A stretch of DNA of 64,000 nucleotides from the NCBI GenBank assembly GCA_019661945.1, contig JAIFWI010000002.1, positions 763 to 64,762 of the forward strand. The letters are read 5' to 3'. This DNA is from Candidatus Parcubacteria bacterium. Its GTDB lineage: Bacteria > Patescibacteriota > Minisyncoccia > Phycocordibacterales > JAKAEA01. This document shows positions 37,941-48,515 of this stretch, in pieces (position 1 is the first letter of the stretch; every line of letters starts with the position of its first letter). Position numbers and translations under genes: made by a program. The notes beneath the pieces were generated by a model that made no database searches, was not told the DNA's origin, and was given only the letters and a program-made list of their open reading frames with translations.

Positions 37941-38963
37941 ATGAGAGAATATCTGCTCATATTTGAGCAACAGGTGGATCAATTTATTTCGAGTCAGTAC
38001 ATTGAGCTCAGGGCATTTTTTCTAAATCCTTCGGACTTACCGCCGCTTGTGCCTACTCTTATTACGGCCATCTTTGTTATTGCAATTCTTGCCACTATTT
38101 TTCTTCTGTTTATATCAATCCATTCTGTCTTAATTCGACTGGGTCTTAAAAAGGGGGTTCAGCATTGGGGTATCATCTACGACAGTGTTACCAAGCAGCC
38201 TCTTGATCCAGCTGTTGTGGAACTACGAGACGCTGTTGGCAGACGGATGGGAAGTGCCATTACCGATATGGACGGGCGGTATGGTTTCTCCAGTCAGATA
38301 CCGGGGATTTATACCATGACCGCAAACAAGACTCATTATATATTTCCCTCGCAAAAACTTGCCGGACACACTGATGATGGTATATTTACCGATCTTTATT
38401 TTGGAGAGCAGATGTATTTTACCAAGGATCAAGAGGTCATAATAAAAAATATACCTCTAGATCCTGTTGAATTTGATTGGAATGAACATGAGAAAAGAAA
38501 AGAGCACCTATCTCATTCCTATTCACGGCACTTTACCTTCCTGAAATTAAGTATACATTGGTCTTTTATTACAATACTTATAGTGACCATTGCGGCAAGT
38601 TTTTTGGTACCTGCATCATATCGATATGTAATCTATGTACCATTAGGATTATTTCTCTGTACCAACATTATTCGGGCGTATCTTATCTCACCACGGCCAT
38701 ATGGCATAGTCAGGGATAAGAAAAGCGGCACACCGCTTCCATTTGCTACGGTCAATATATTTTATGCTTTATCTGCATCGGAACCAATTAAATACGGTAC
38801 GAAAAAATGTGATAATCATGGAAAGTATTACTGCTTAGTACCTAAAGGCCGTTACTTTGTCACTATCGAAAAATGGGTTCCAAACCAGAAAAATGTCAAC
38901 ATTTTTACGTCACCACCATTTGTGATTACCAATGGCATTCTTAATAATACGTTTGAGGTGTGA
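37941..38963 (+). CDS. Membrane protein with carboxypeptidase regulatory-like (beta-sandwich) domains
   Basis: WGIIYDSVTKQPLDPAVVEL, TDMDGRYGF, YGIVRD..SGTPLPFA. Confidence 0.7.
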   Translation: MREYLLIFEQQVDQFISSQYIELRAFFLNPSDLPPLVPTLITAIFVIAILATIFLLFISIHSVLIRLGLKKGVQHWGIIYDSVTKQPLDPAVVELRDAVGRRMGSAITDMDGRYGFSSQIPGIYTMTANKTHYIFPSQKLAGHTDDGIFTDLYFGEQMYFTKDQEVIIKNIPLDPVEFDWNEHEKRKEHLSHSYSRHFTFLKLSIHWSFITILIVTIAASFLVPASYRYVIYVPLGLFLCTNIIRAYLISPRPYGIVRDKKSGTPLPFATVNIFYALSASEPIKYGTKKCDNHGKYYCLVPKGRYFVTIEKWVPNQKNVNIFTSPPFVITNGILNNTFEV

Positions 38964-39069
38964 TCTTGTGTTTCTTGGCTTTTTGAGTACTATACGGTGA
39001 GATCAGGGAGATACCTCCCAAAGCTGACAGGCCTTTGTCTGTCGAACCTGAACCTTGAAAAGGAGCGTT

Positions 39070-40665
39070 ATGAAAAACGCACTGATATCCGTGTATCGCA
39101 AGGATGGCATCGTCGAATTTGCCCGAGCACTCATGGAGCTCGGCTTCACGATCTACGCCTCGGGTGGGACGTACAAGCATCTCGCAGAACATGGCATCGA
39201 GACTCTGCCTGTGGCGAATCTCGTCGGCGGCGGAGCCATTCTCGATCATCGAGTGGTGACCCTGTCGCGTGAAGTTCACGCCGGACTTCTGGCCAGGAAT
39301 ACGCCAGAGGACATCGGCGAATTGGTCAGCCTGGCCATTCCACGCATTGACCTGGTATGTGTTGATCTCTATCCATTGGAAAAGGAGATCGCCAAGCCCG
39401 GCAGCACGCGTGACTCAGTCATCGAGATGACCGACATCGGCGGCCCGACCATGATTCGCTCTGGTGCTAAGGGCGCTCGAGTGGTCATCTGCGATCCGCA
39501 GGATCGGGACGAGGTCATCGCTTGGCTTCGAGCCGGTGAACCGGAGAATGGGTTTGTCGAAGATCTCGGTGCAAAAGGTGAATTCACTGTCGCCGGGTAT
39601 TGCATGGCTTCGGCTAGATACCTAAGCGGCGGTAAATACGAAGGATTTTTCGGTAAGCGTGTTGCGGTCTGTAAGTACGGCGAGAACGCCTGGCAGGCAC
39701 CGGCGCATCTTTATTCGACGGGCAGCGATGATCCACTGGCAATCGACAATTTTGCTGTGGTTGACGGAGCACCCCCGAGCTATAACAATTGGGTCGACAT
39801 CGACCGCTTGCTCCAGACACTGACGCACATTGGCAGGGTATACTCACTCAATCAAGGTGTCGACACAGCTATTGCTGTTGGCGCTAAGCACGGCAATGCA
39901 TGCGGTGTGGCAGTCGGATCAGACCGCGTGGATATTGTCGCCAGGATGATGGCTGGTGATCCACTGGCAATCTTTGGCGGACTGGTCATGACAAACTTTG
40001 AAGTGACTGAAATCTCAGGCCAGGTCCTTGTCGGTAAAATGCTGGATGGCATCATTGCTCCATCATTTACCCCGGCTGCGATAGACATGCTTCGCCGCAA
40101 AGGCGACAGATGTCGGTTCATCGTGAACCCGGCACTCACTGCTTCAAGCAATAGTTTGGATCAAGCGCCGCGTTTCCGCTATGTTCGCGGCGGTTTCCTT
40201 GTCCAGCCGAATTATACGTTCGTGCCGGAGTTTTACATTTCACCACTGGAACACAAGTCCGTGAGTGGAATCGTAAAATATGGCTCGGCTACTGCAAAGC
40301 AAGAAACGGACATGATGCTTGCCTGGGCTATCGGTTCGACCAGTAATAGCAATACGATCACGCTTGTGAAAAATAAGCAGCTCATCGGCAATGGCGTCGG
40401 TCAGCAAGATCGTGTCGGCGCAGCCGAGCTTGCCATAAGGAAGGCTCATCGTGCCGGACATGATGTGACTGATGCTGTGGCCTACAGTGATTCGTTCTTC
40501 CCATTCCCTGATGGACCGCAAAAGCTCATTGAAGCTGGCGTTAGAGCCATCTTCACGAGTAGCGGTTCGGTCAGAGACCGGGAAACGATTGATCTTTGTG
40601 CAAAACACAACGTCGCACTCTACATGATTCCTGATCAAATCGGCCGAGGGTTCTTCGGTCACTAG
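39070..40665 (+). CDS. purH: Bifunctional AICAR transformylase / IMP cyclohydrolase
   Basis: ALISVYRKDGI, SGGT, DIGGPTMIR, KYGEN, SYNN, KHGNACG, SDSFFPFPDG. Confidence 0.92.
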   Translation: MKNALISVYRKDGIVEFARALMELGFTIYASGGTYKHLAEHGIETLPVANLVGGGAILDHRVVTLSREVHAGLLARNTPEDIGELVSLAIPRIDLVCVDLYPLEKEIAKPGSTRDSVIEMTDIGGPTMIRSGAKGARVVICDPQDRDEVIAWLRAGEPENGFVEDLGAKGEFTVAGYCMASARYLSGGKYEGFFGKRVAVCKYGENAWQAPAHLYSTGSDDPLAIDNFAVVDGAPPSYNNWVDIDRLLQTLTHIGRVYSLNQGVDTAIAVGAKHGNACGVAVGSDRVDIVARMMAGDPLAIFGGLVMTNFEVTEISGQVLVGKMLDGIIAPSFTPAAIDMLRRKGDRCRFIVNPALTASSNSLDQAPRFRYVRGGFLVQPNYTFVPEFYISPLEHKSVSGIVKYGSATAKQETDMMLAWAIGSTSNSNTITLVKNKQLIGNGVGQQDRVGAAELAIRKAHRAGHDVTDAVAYSDSFFPFPDGPQKLIEAGVRAIFTSSGSVRDRETIDLCAKHNVALYMIPDQIGRGFFGH

Positions 40666-40737
40666 TTCTTAGGCGAAACGCAATACTCCAGGTGGAGTAT
40701 TTTTTTATTGTCATTTAAGTTTAATCCAAAAATAGAT

Positions 40738-41015
40738 GAAGCCCTACAACAAACAAATGTGTTGTAGGGCTCCAGGTTGGACCGCTTGTTTTCTCTTCAG
40801 TGGTAATGAGGTGCGGTAAGCTCAGTACCAACGGGCAGGGATTGCCTGCCGGTGCGTCGGGTCTCTACCAGCTGCGCAGTGCGCAGGACGAGGCCGGCTT
40901 GGCCTGCGGGCTGGCTCGTGAGTGCATCATCGGATTTCTCCTCTGATCTGAGCGCGGATTACATGCTTATATACCAGCATGCTCGGTAGCCCCATGAAGG
41001 GCAATCTGTCCTGCC
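40738..41015 (-). other. Promoter-to-terminator unit with only a 21-aa ORF (sRNA or micropeptide candidate)
   Basis: TTGATA-N16-TAATAT 41047-41020, GAGGAG SD, ORF 40930-40865, several GC hairpins, terminator 40738-40771. Confidence 0.45.
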
Positions 41016-41076
41016 CATAATATTAACTCAACCTTAAAATTTATCAAGCTTATTCCGATTTGCTATACTTATCCAT

Positions 41077-41496
41077 ATGAAAATCTACATTGCTGCGCCG
41101 CTCTTTAATGATATTGAGAAAAAACGAAATGTTGAAATCCGTGACTATTTACAAGGCTTAGGATTTGAAACGTATCTGCCGCAAGAAGATGGCAGCGTGG
41201 CCTTTGATCGAATTAAATCAGGTGAGGAAAGAAGTAAGGTCAGAACAGTGGTATTCGAAAACGATATCAAGGCCATTAAAGAATGTGATGCGATGCTCTG
41301 TGTTCTTGATGGCCGAGTGCCGGATGAAGGAATGTGTATTGAACTAGGTATGGCATATATCCTCGGTAAAAAATGTATTGGCTATAAAACAGATCAGAGA
41401 AGTTTTGATAAATTTGGAGATAATTTAATGATTGAAGGATGTCTTGAAACAATTATCCATTCAAAAGAAGATTTAAAGGCAGCTTTTTCTCGTTGA
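41077..41496 (+). CDS. Nucleoside 2-deoxyribosyltransferase family protein
   Basis: IYIAAPLF, YLPQE, D..AI..CD, DEGMCIELGMA, NLMI. Confidence 0.85.
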   Translation: MKIYIAAPLFNDIEKKRNVEIRDYLQGLGFETYLPQEDGSVAFDRIKSGEERSKVRTVVFENDIKAIKECDAMLCVLDGRVPDEGMCIELGMAYILGKKCIGYKTDQRSFDKFGDNLMIEGCLETIIHSKEDLKAAFSR

Positions 41497-41527
41497 GATA
41501 TTTGGCCATTTATACTATGATAGCTCT

Positions 41528-42982
41528 ATGTCAACCAATCCCGACGACAAGATAGTCGAAAAGAAAATTACTCCTAGAGCCGAAGATTATTCCCAGTGGT
41601 ATCTCGATATTATTGCAGCTGCAGACCTAGCTGACTATGGCCCGGTCAAAGGGACCATGGTCATTAAACCCTATGGCTATGCTATTTGGGAGGCGACTCA
41701 GAAAATTCTTGACGAAAAATTCAAAGAAACAGGCGTTCAAAATGCCTATTTCCCGATGCTCATCCCTGAAAAACTTTTGAAGAAGGAAGAAAAACATGTC
41801 GAAGGCTTTGCTCCAGAAGTGGCGGTAGTGACACATGCTGGAGGTAAGAAACTTGATGAGCCGTTGGTCATTCGTCCGACATCAGAAACGGTGATATATG
41901 ATGTCTTTTCAAATTGGATTAGATCGTACCGTGATTTACCACTTCTCATTAATCAATGGGCCAATGTAGTACGCTGGGAACTTCGAACCAGACTCTTTTT
42001 ACGAACGACAGAATTTTTGTGGCAGGAAGGACATACCGTCCATGAGACAGAACAAGAAGCAGACGAGCGAGCAAGAAACATGATTGATATTTACCAAGAT
42101 TTTGCCGAAAATTATATGGCTATTCCGGTTATGATCGGTACCAAAACAGAGGCAGAAAAATTTGCCGGCGCGCTTCGAACCTACTGTGTCGAAGCAATGA
42201 TGCAAGACGGTAAGGCATTGCAATACTCAACATCGCACAACCTCGGTCAGAATTTTGCCAAAGTATTTGATGTGAAATTTTTGGATCGAAATAATACCGA
42301 GCAGTTTGGCTGGCAGACAAGTTGGGGATTGAGTACCCGAACTATTGGAGGTCTTATTATGGTTCACAGTGATGATAAGGGCTTAGTCATGCCACCCAAA
42401 ATTGCTTCAATTCAAGCAATCATTACCACAATCGTACCTTCAGAAAAAGATGCGGAGACTGTTGTCTCGAAAGCTCAAGAGGTTAATAACATGTTGAAAG
42501 CTGCCGGTATTAAATCACAGGCCGACATTCGAGACTTGCGGCCAGGGGAAAAATATTTTGAATGGGAAAAGAAAGGCGTGCCAATTCGCATTGAACTTGG
42601 TCCAAAGGATATTGCCAATGACTCTGCTATGCTCGTTCGCCGTGATACTGGTGAGAAAATAAAAACACCATTGAATACGTTGGCTGAAACGGTTATGAAT
42701 CTGTTAGGAGACATTCAAAAGAATTTATATGACCGAGCGCTTGAATACCAAAAAGCTAAAACGAAGCATGTTGATACCTGGGATGATTTTGTCAAAGCCA
42801 TTGATGAAGGCAACTTTGTCTGGGCACACTGGTCAGGCGAGGCTGATGTTGAAGCGAAAATTAAAGAAGAGACTGGCGCCACTATTCGCTGCATACCATT
42901 TGACGCGCTGGAAGAGCAGGGCGTATGTATTAAATCCGGTAAACCATCGACAATGCGTGTAGTTTTCGCCAAAGCGTATTAA
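41528..42982 (+). CDS. proS: Proline--tRNA ligase (archaeal/eukaryotic type)
   Basis: RPTSET, QWANVVRWE, FLRTTEFLWQEGH, TIRCIP, FAKAY end. Confidence 0.96.
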   Translation: MSTNPDDKIVEKKITPRAEDYSQWYLDIIAAADLADYGPVKGTMVIKPYGYAIWEATQKILDEKFKETGVQNAYFPMLIPEKLLKKEEKHVEGFAPEVAVVTHAGGKKLDEPLVIRPTSETVIYDVFSNWIRSYRDLPLLINQWANVVRWELRTRLFLRTTEFLWQEGHTVHETEQEADERARNMIDIYQDFAENYMAIPVMIGTKTEAEKFAGALRTYCVEAMMQDGKALQYSTSHNLGQNFAKVFDVKFLDRNNTEQFGWQTSWGLSTRTIGGLIMVHSDDKGLVMPPKIASIQAIITTIVPSEKDAETVVSKAQEVNNMLKAAGIKSQADIRDLRPGEKYFEWEKKGVPIRIELGPKDIANDSAMLVRRDTGEKIKTPLNTLAETVMNLLGDIQKNLYDRALEYQKAKTKHVDTWDDFVKAIDEGNFVWAHWSGEADVEAKIKEETGATIRCIPFDALEEQGVCIKSGKPSTMRVVFAKAY

Positions 42983-43055
42983 AAGGGTTACTAATTTATA
43001 TAGTCTTTATTTTTCGATAAGAATTATTTTATCTCGTATTGGGCATGATTGAAGC

Positions 43056-43682
43056 ATGCCTAAGAAAACAATTATCACTTTTGGTGCGATCATCGCACTT
43101 GGAATTATTAGCGGGGTTGCACTAGCTGGGATTATTGATACAGCTAAATCTAAAAAATTACCAGAAGCAATCACTGCTTCTGTCATTCAAGCTCAAAAAC
43201 TGGCTCAAGCAGCGGCTACTTCAGAACCAAAGCCAACTCAACCCGTACCACCCATAAATGCTAATCCGCAGAATACTTCAAGCGCAGGAAATTCAAATGC
43301 TACCTATATTATATGCATGCCGATGATTACGTCGCCGAATAGTACAGTGTATGCCACATCATCAGTCTACTCAGCTACTGCCGTTAATAAATTGCCGGCT
43401 CAAATTCAACAGGTGATAAATAGTATCCCTCTACCGTCAGGAGGATCCGGTTCGCAAACAGCTGTTCCGGAACAAAATACTTCAAATACATCAAACACGC
43501 CAACACCAACTCCAACATCTGGTTCTTCACAATACATGTGCGAAGTCGATAGCTATAACTGTTCAGACTTTACCACTCAGGCTGAAGCGCAGAAAGTTTT
43601 TGACTCATGTGGGGGAGTCAGCAACGACATTCATCGTCTCGATGGCGATCACGATGGCCGCGTCTGTACCAGTTTGCGGTAA
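43056..43682 (+). CDS. Exported protein with Excalibur Ca-binding domain
   Basis: Signal/TM, P/T/S linker, YNCSDFTTQAEAQ...HRLDGDHDGRVC. Confidence 0.8.
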   Translation: MPKKTIITFGAIIALGIISGVALAGIIDTAKSKKLPEAITASVIQAQKLAQAAATSEPKPTQPVPPINANPQNTSSAGNSNATYIICMPMITSPNSTVYATSSVYSATAVNKLPAQIQQVINSIPLPSGGSGSQTAVPEQNTSNTSNTPTPTPTSGSSQYMCEVDSYNCSDFTTQAEAQKVFDSCGGVSNDIHRLDGDHDGRVCTSLR

Positions 43683-43714
43683 CAGTATGTATTGCTGTAG
43701 AGTTACAGTAATAC

Positions 43715-44494
43715 ATGAAAGAATTCTTTGTCTTTGGTCTAAAAGAAGCCCAGGCGGCACTCTTTGCCGGATCATTTTTCACTCTGCTTTTTCTTTCGAA
43801 TCATATTCCACTTTTTGGCATCACTCGCTATGATTTCTTATTCGTCACGGCTGTTCTTATTCAACTTGTTCTTTATCTCACAGGACTTGAGACCAAGGAT
43901 GAGGTGAAAGTCATATTTCTCTTTCATATTATAGGTTTGATTCTTGAGCTGTATAAAACGCATCCAGCTGTCGGTTCATGGAGCTATCCTGAACCTGCTT
44001 TTTTCAAAATCAGCACCGTGCCGCTCTATAGCGGCTTTATGTATGCCGCTATCGGCAGTTATATCAGTCAGGCTTGGAAAATTTTTAAATTGGAGGTAAC
44101 GAATTATAATCACTACATTTGGAGCGTCGTACTCTGTATCCTTATTTATTTGAATTTTTTCACCAATCATTTTCTGCCTGATATTCGACTTATTCTTATT
44201 CCGGCAGTATTTATATTTTTCAGGAAAGTAGATGTCTATTTTACCGTGACAAAAAAGCGGAGAATGATGCCGTTGACCCTGTCATTTATCCTCATTGCCT
44301 TCTTCATCTGGATCGCTGAGAATATCTCAACCTTTTGGGGTGCTTGGCAATATCCTGATCAAGTTCATGTTTGGAATGTGGTTTCGACTCAAAAAATTAC
44401 TTCATGGTTTCTGATGGTTATTATCAGCTTTATTCTAGTGGCATACCTCAAGCACTTTAAAAAAGATGTATTGAAAATTGCCCCCTCTGAATGA
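43715..44494 (+). CDS. DUF817 family membrane protein
   Basis: RYDFL, FHIIG..LE.YKT, GSWSYP, VPLYSGFMYAAIGSY, WIAENI. Confidence 0.85.
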   Translation: MKEFFVFGLKEAQAALFAGSFFTLLFLSNHIPLFGITRYDFLFVTAVLIQLVLYLTGLETKDEVKVIFLFHIIGLILELYKTHPAVGSWSYPEPAFFKISTVPLYSGFMYAAIGSYISQAWKIFKLEVTNYNHYIWSVVLCILIYLNFFTNHFLPDIRLILIPAVFIFFRKVDVYFTVTKKRRMMPLTLSFILIAFFIWIAENISTFWGAWQYPDQVHVWNVVSTQKITSWFLMVIISFILVAYLKHFKKDVLKIAPSE

Positions 44495-44574
44495 TCTCTT
44501 GCTTTCGAGTAATTTTTATGTAGTATTGTTGTTGGAATCATTGGTGAGGACTTCTCAACAAGAAGGGAGCGACA

Positions 44575-44964
44575 ATGGTCCTGACAAGGCTACAGCTTGA
44601 ACTTTTGAGGCAAGGCTTTGATCAAGCAGAGAATAACAAGGAGGCTTGGCAGGCAGTTTTCCAGGCTGTTGGTATGAATTTTGTTGGGTGCACGCTTCGA
44701 CAGCAAGGGTTTGATTCGCGTCAGTACAAAGTTGTGCAAATGGTTCTTACTGCCAACTCTTGCATATTCTTCATGAAACCTTTCTATGAAGAGTGCAAGT
44801 ATACACGCGAGGCTCTGTGTCATTTCCAGAACATGGAATTTAACCTCAACCGATACAAGCCTGGTCTCATAAGGCATGAAATCATTCTCGGATGTCCTCC
44901 AGGTTATGGCTACGGTGAACAAAACAGTATGTACCTTGCTTTTGATGTAAGCTCAGAGTCGTAA
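44575..44964 (+). CDS. Hypothetical protein (solo gene)
   Basis: TTGCTT-N16-TAGTAT 44499-44526; GGGAG SD. Confidence 0.6.
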   Translation: MVLTRLQLELLRQGFDQAENNKEAWQAVFQAVGMNFVGCTLRQQGFDSRQYKVVQMVLTANSCIFFMKPFYEECKYTREALCHFQNMEFNLNRYKPGLIRHEIILGCPPGYGYGEQNSMYLAFDVSSES

Positions 44965-45012
44965 GACCTCCGAGCTTTTTTTATATCAAAAAATTAAGGA
45001 TATAATGCATGA

Positions 45013-45255
45013 ATGACCTATTTTGTTTATATTCTTGAATGCGCCGATAAAACGCTTTACGTCGGTTGTACCAATAATTTAGAGAAAAGAATACTTCAGC
45101 ATAATACCTCCAAACAAGGCGCGCACTATACAAAAATTCGAAGACCAGTAATATTACGGTATTCTGAGAAGTTTCCAAACTTGAAGCTTGCTCGCGCCCG
45201 CGAAGCGGAAATAAAAAGGTGGGATAGGAAGAAGAAATTAAATCTTTTCAATTAA
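45013..45255 (+). CDS. GIY-YIG nuclease (YhbQ/UPF0213-like)
   Basis: VYILECAD.TLYVGCTNNLEKR..QHN, GAHYT..RRPV, AREAEIK. Confidence 0.88.
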   Translation: MTYFVYILECADKTLYVGCTNNLEKRILQHNTSKQGAHYTKIRRPVILRYSEKFPNLKLARAREAEIKRWDRKKKLNLFN

Positions 45256-45281
45256 AAAACCCGTACTCCAACAGGTTTCTG

Positions 45282-45854
45282 TTAAAGTGCGGGTATAGGT
45301 TTTTCAACCGCGCGCAGGTTCAGCACGACCAACAACGTGTTGAAGATAATGCTGCTGACCGGAAAAGCGCGGTCCTGAATCGTCCAAGCCTTGGCGGTTA
45401 TAAGTGTGACTACCGCTGCGATGGTGATTATTGCCCAGACCCACCAGGTCGTCGGATCAGGTTGCTTCCAGAGGTCGCAGAGCAGGGGAATGGATGCGAG
45501 CCACATTGCGATAATGCAGGCAATGACTGCCCCCTTAGGCGCGCTGTAGTATCGAAGCAGCATGGCAACTGCCGCGCCGACAGCGCAGATCGTCTCGACA
45601 TAGCCCCATGACCATTTGCCTTTGCTGAGCAGAATGATGCTGATGAACACGCTGCCGAGGGTGAATCCAGCTGAGAGCCAGATATCCTTGTTTCCGGCAG
45701 CGAACATACTGAGGGTGATGACGAAGCTGAGAACTCCCCACATGAGCCAGGTGGCAACATTCATGGGGGTGTTGCTCTTCAGTAACTTAATCCCAAAAGG
45801 GATAAGGACGATACTTGGCGTCAATCCAGCAATCACTCCAAGATTTATTTCCAT
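45282..45854 (-). CDS. Multi-pass membrane protein (solo GC-rich gene)
   Basis: GGAGGT SD before ATG 45854; about 7 TMs. Confidence 0.65.
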   Translation of the reverse strand: MEINLGVIAGLTPSIVLIPFGIKLLKSNTPMNVATWLMWGVLSFVITLSMFAAGNKDIWLSAGFTLGSVFISIILLSKGKWSWGYVETICAVGAAVAMLLRYYSAPKGAVIACIIAMWLASIPLLCDLWKQPDPTTWWVWAIITIAAVVTLITAKAWTIQDRAFPVSSIIFNTLLVVLNLRAVEKPIPAL

Positions 45855-45941
45855 GGGACCTCCGAGGTTGGTGACAAGGTTCAAGCGGTACAAAACCTCG
45901 GCTAGTATGTCATATATCGTAAATTTGTGCTATAAAGTGTC

Positions 45942-46790
45942 ATGGCAAAAATCTTGGACGGTAAAAAAGTAAGCAGCGAACGCGCCGCAGAACTTGTAAA
46001 AAAGATTCAAAAACTTTCAGTTGAGCCGAAACTCATCATTATCCAAGTCGGTGATTTAAAAGAATCTAATACCTACATTAAACATAAAATAGATTTTGCT
46101 AAAAAAGTTGGTATCATTACCGAGCATAAAAAATATCAGGAGAACATATCCGAGCAGGAGGTTATAGCGGATATCCTGAAATATAATGCTGACCCGGCAA
46201 TTCATGGAGTTATTGTTCAATTGCCGTTGCCTAGAAACATACATACTGGTGAAATTGTTGAGTCTATTGATCCTAAAAAAGATGTTGATTGTTTGACATC
46301 AAAAAACATTAAACTTCTTTTTGATGAGACTGAAGCTATTCTGCCAGCAACAACCAAAGGTATTGTTACACTACTTCAGTATTATGATATTGATCTTAAG
46401 GGTAAAAGAGTAACGATGATTGGAGAATCTTCCTTGGTTGGCCGGCCAACAACACTAGCTCTTCTTAACCGGATGGCAACAGTTACTGTTTGTCATACCC
46501 ACACTGTCCAATTGAAGGAAGAAACAAAGCGGGCTGATATTCTTATTGTAGCTGCAGGCTCCCCAGGCTTAATTACTCCAAAACATGTTTCAAAGAATCA
46601 AATAATCATTGATGTTGGCATTACGGTAAAGGGAAAAAATAAAATAGTGGGGGATGTTGAATATGAAAAAGTTAAAGATATGGTTCAGGCCATTACTCCC
46701 GTACCTGGCGGTGTCGGACCAATGACGGTATTGTCTCTTTTTGAAAATGTAGTTGATGCGGCTACTGCTCAACAAAAAACGATCCTTTAA
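45942..46790 (+). CDS. folD: Methylene-THF dehydrogenase/cyclohydrolase
   Basis: VQLPLP, KDVD, S.LVGRP, ITPVPGGVGPMT. Confidence 0.95.
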   Translation: MAKILDGKKVSSERAAELVKKIQKLSVEPKLIIIQVGDLKESNTYIKHKIDFAKKVGIITEHKKYQENISEQEVIADILKYNADPAIHGVIVQLPLPRNIHTGEIVESIDPKKDVDCLTSKNIKLLFDETEAILPATTKGIVTLLQYYDIDLKGKRVTMIGESSLVGRPTTLALLNRMATVTVCHTHTVQLKEETKRADILIVAAGSPGLITPKHVSKNQIIIDVGITVKGKNKIVGDVEYEKVKDMVQAITPVPGGVGPMTVLSLFENVVDAATAQQKTIL

Positions 46791-46823
46791 AAATATTTTA
46801 CCTAGGTTTGATATACTGCCTGG

Positions 46824-48488
46824 ATGACGCAGAAAGAGGCTTTGGATATATTGAAACTTGGACATAATGTCTATTTAACCGGTTCGGCTGGCAGCGGCAA
46901 GACCTATCTTTTAAATGAGTATATAAAGTATTTAAAGGAGCATGATGTGGTTGTGGCTATAACCGCTTCGACTGGTATTGCCGCTAGTCACATGAATGGC
47001 GTGACGATTCACTCATGGTCCGGACTTGGGGTGCGTTCAAGCCTTTCTCCGTATGATTTAGAAGCCATGGAAGAGAAGCGGTACCTCTGGGATCGGTTTC
47101 AGAAAACAAAAGTTTTAATTATTGACGAGATTTCAATGCTTCATCATTATCGGCTCGACTTGGTGGATCAAGTGACCAGATTTTTTAAGCGAGCCGATGT
47201 GCCGTTTGGCGGCATGCAGGTCATATTATGCGGAGATTTTTTTCAGCTTCCGCCTGTTAGCCGAAATAATGAGCCACCAGCGCATTTTGCTTATCATTCC
47301 GATTCATGGAAAGGACTTGATTTAAAAGTATGTTATCTGACTGAATCACACCGCCACAATGACCAGAATTTTTTGTCAGTTTTGAATGCTATTCGCCAGA
47401 ATACTCTCACAGCTCACATTATTTCCCATCTCACGGGACGGTTTAATAAAGAACCGGCATATGAAATCCGGCCGACAAAATTATACACTCATAATATTGA
47501 TGTTGATGCTATTAATCAGGCCGAGCTCGAGAAAATTGAAGGTGTGCCATTTCGATATGGTATGACAGAAGAAGGTCGGCCGCCGCTTGTGGCTGCATTG
47601 AAAAGCAGTTGCTTGGCTCATGAAACCCTGACTCTTAAACGTGGCGCTCAAGTTATGTTTGTAAAAAATGATCCTGAAGGCAAATATGTTAATGGCACGT
47701 TGGGTACAGTTATTGAATGCAATCGGGAATATCCGGTAGTGAAAACTGTTCGAGGCGATAAAATTCGAGCCGAACCAGTTGAGTGGCGAATTGAAGAAGA
47801 GGGGAAGGTGAAAGCTAAAATTAAACAAGTGCCATTGCGCTTAGCCTGGGCCATTACAATCCACAAAAGTCAGGGCATGACTTTGGATGCGGCTGAAATT
47901 GATTTATCAAAATCGTTTGAAAAAGGCATGGGCTATGTTGCATTATCGCGGGTCAAATCTCTTGATGGTTTGAAGCTTTTAGGCCTTAACGACAATGCTC
48001 TCGAAATTAATGAAGAGATTTTAATGTTTGATGAAGATTTGCAAGTAGAATCAGAAAGAATTGCTGAGGCCCTCTCGAAGCTTGATCCAAAAGAGAAAGA
48101 AGAACTCCAACAAAAATTTCTGGCTCACATTTCACCGCGCGGCAAAGAAAAGAAACAGAAAAAAGTGAAAGGTGGCACCTATCTCGAAACAAAACGGATG
48201 ATTCTGGAAAAGATGTCTGTGAAAGATATTGCCGCGGCACGCAAACTTGGACAAGAAACTATTGTTGGGCATGTTGAGAAGTTATTATTGGAGGGCAGCC
48301 TTTCTCTATCAGATATTGAATATCTCAAATCAGCAATACCTCCAGACCGCCTAGCAACAATTCTGGCTGCATTTCATAAACTCAAAAAAATCCCCGAAGG
48401 GCATTACCTCGGTTCAGTTAAAACAATGCTACCGCCAGACTATACCTTTCAAGAAATTCGTTTAGCGAGATTGTTTATAAAAAAGTAG
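46824..48488 (+). CDS. PIF1-family helicase with C-terminal HTH
   Basis: TGSAGSGKT, IIDEISM, GDFFQLPP, AITIHKSQGMT, YVALSR. Confidence 0.9.
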   Translation: MTQKEALDILKLGHNVYLTGSAGSGKTYLLNEYIKYLKEHDVVVAITASTGIAASHMNGVTIHSWSGLGVRSSLSPYDLEAMEEKRYLWDRFQKTKVLIIDEISMLHHYRLDLVDQVTRFFKRADVPFGGMQVILCGDFFQLPPVSRNNEPPAHFAYHSDSWKGLDLKVCYLTESHRHNDQNFLSVLNAIRQNTLTAHIISHLTGRFNKEPAYEIRPTKLYTHNIDVDAINQAELEKIEGVPFRYGMTEEGRPPLVAALKSSCLAHETLTLKRGAQVMFVKNDPEGKYVNGTLGTVIECNREYPVVKTVRGDKIRAEPVEWRIEEEGKVKAKIKQVPLRLAWAITIHKSQGMTLDAAEIDLSKSFEKGMGYVALSRVKSLDGLKLLGLNDNALEINEEILMFDEDLQVESERIAEALSKLDPKEKEELQQKFLAHISPRGKEKKQKKVKGGTYLETKRMILEKMSVKDIAAARKLGQETIVGHVEKLLLEGSLSLSDIEYLKSAIPPDRLATILAAFHKLKKIPEGHYLGSVKTMLPPDYTFQEIRLARLFIKK

Positions 48489-48515
48489 CAGTTCATATAT
48501 ACTTTATACATATAC

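Noticed and set aside
38995-39060. Possible ZTP or purine riboswitch ahead of purH
   Set aside because: The leader has two small hairpins but lacks the ZTP (GACTGGCG...CGCCTGGGC) and purine aptamer consensus
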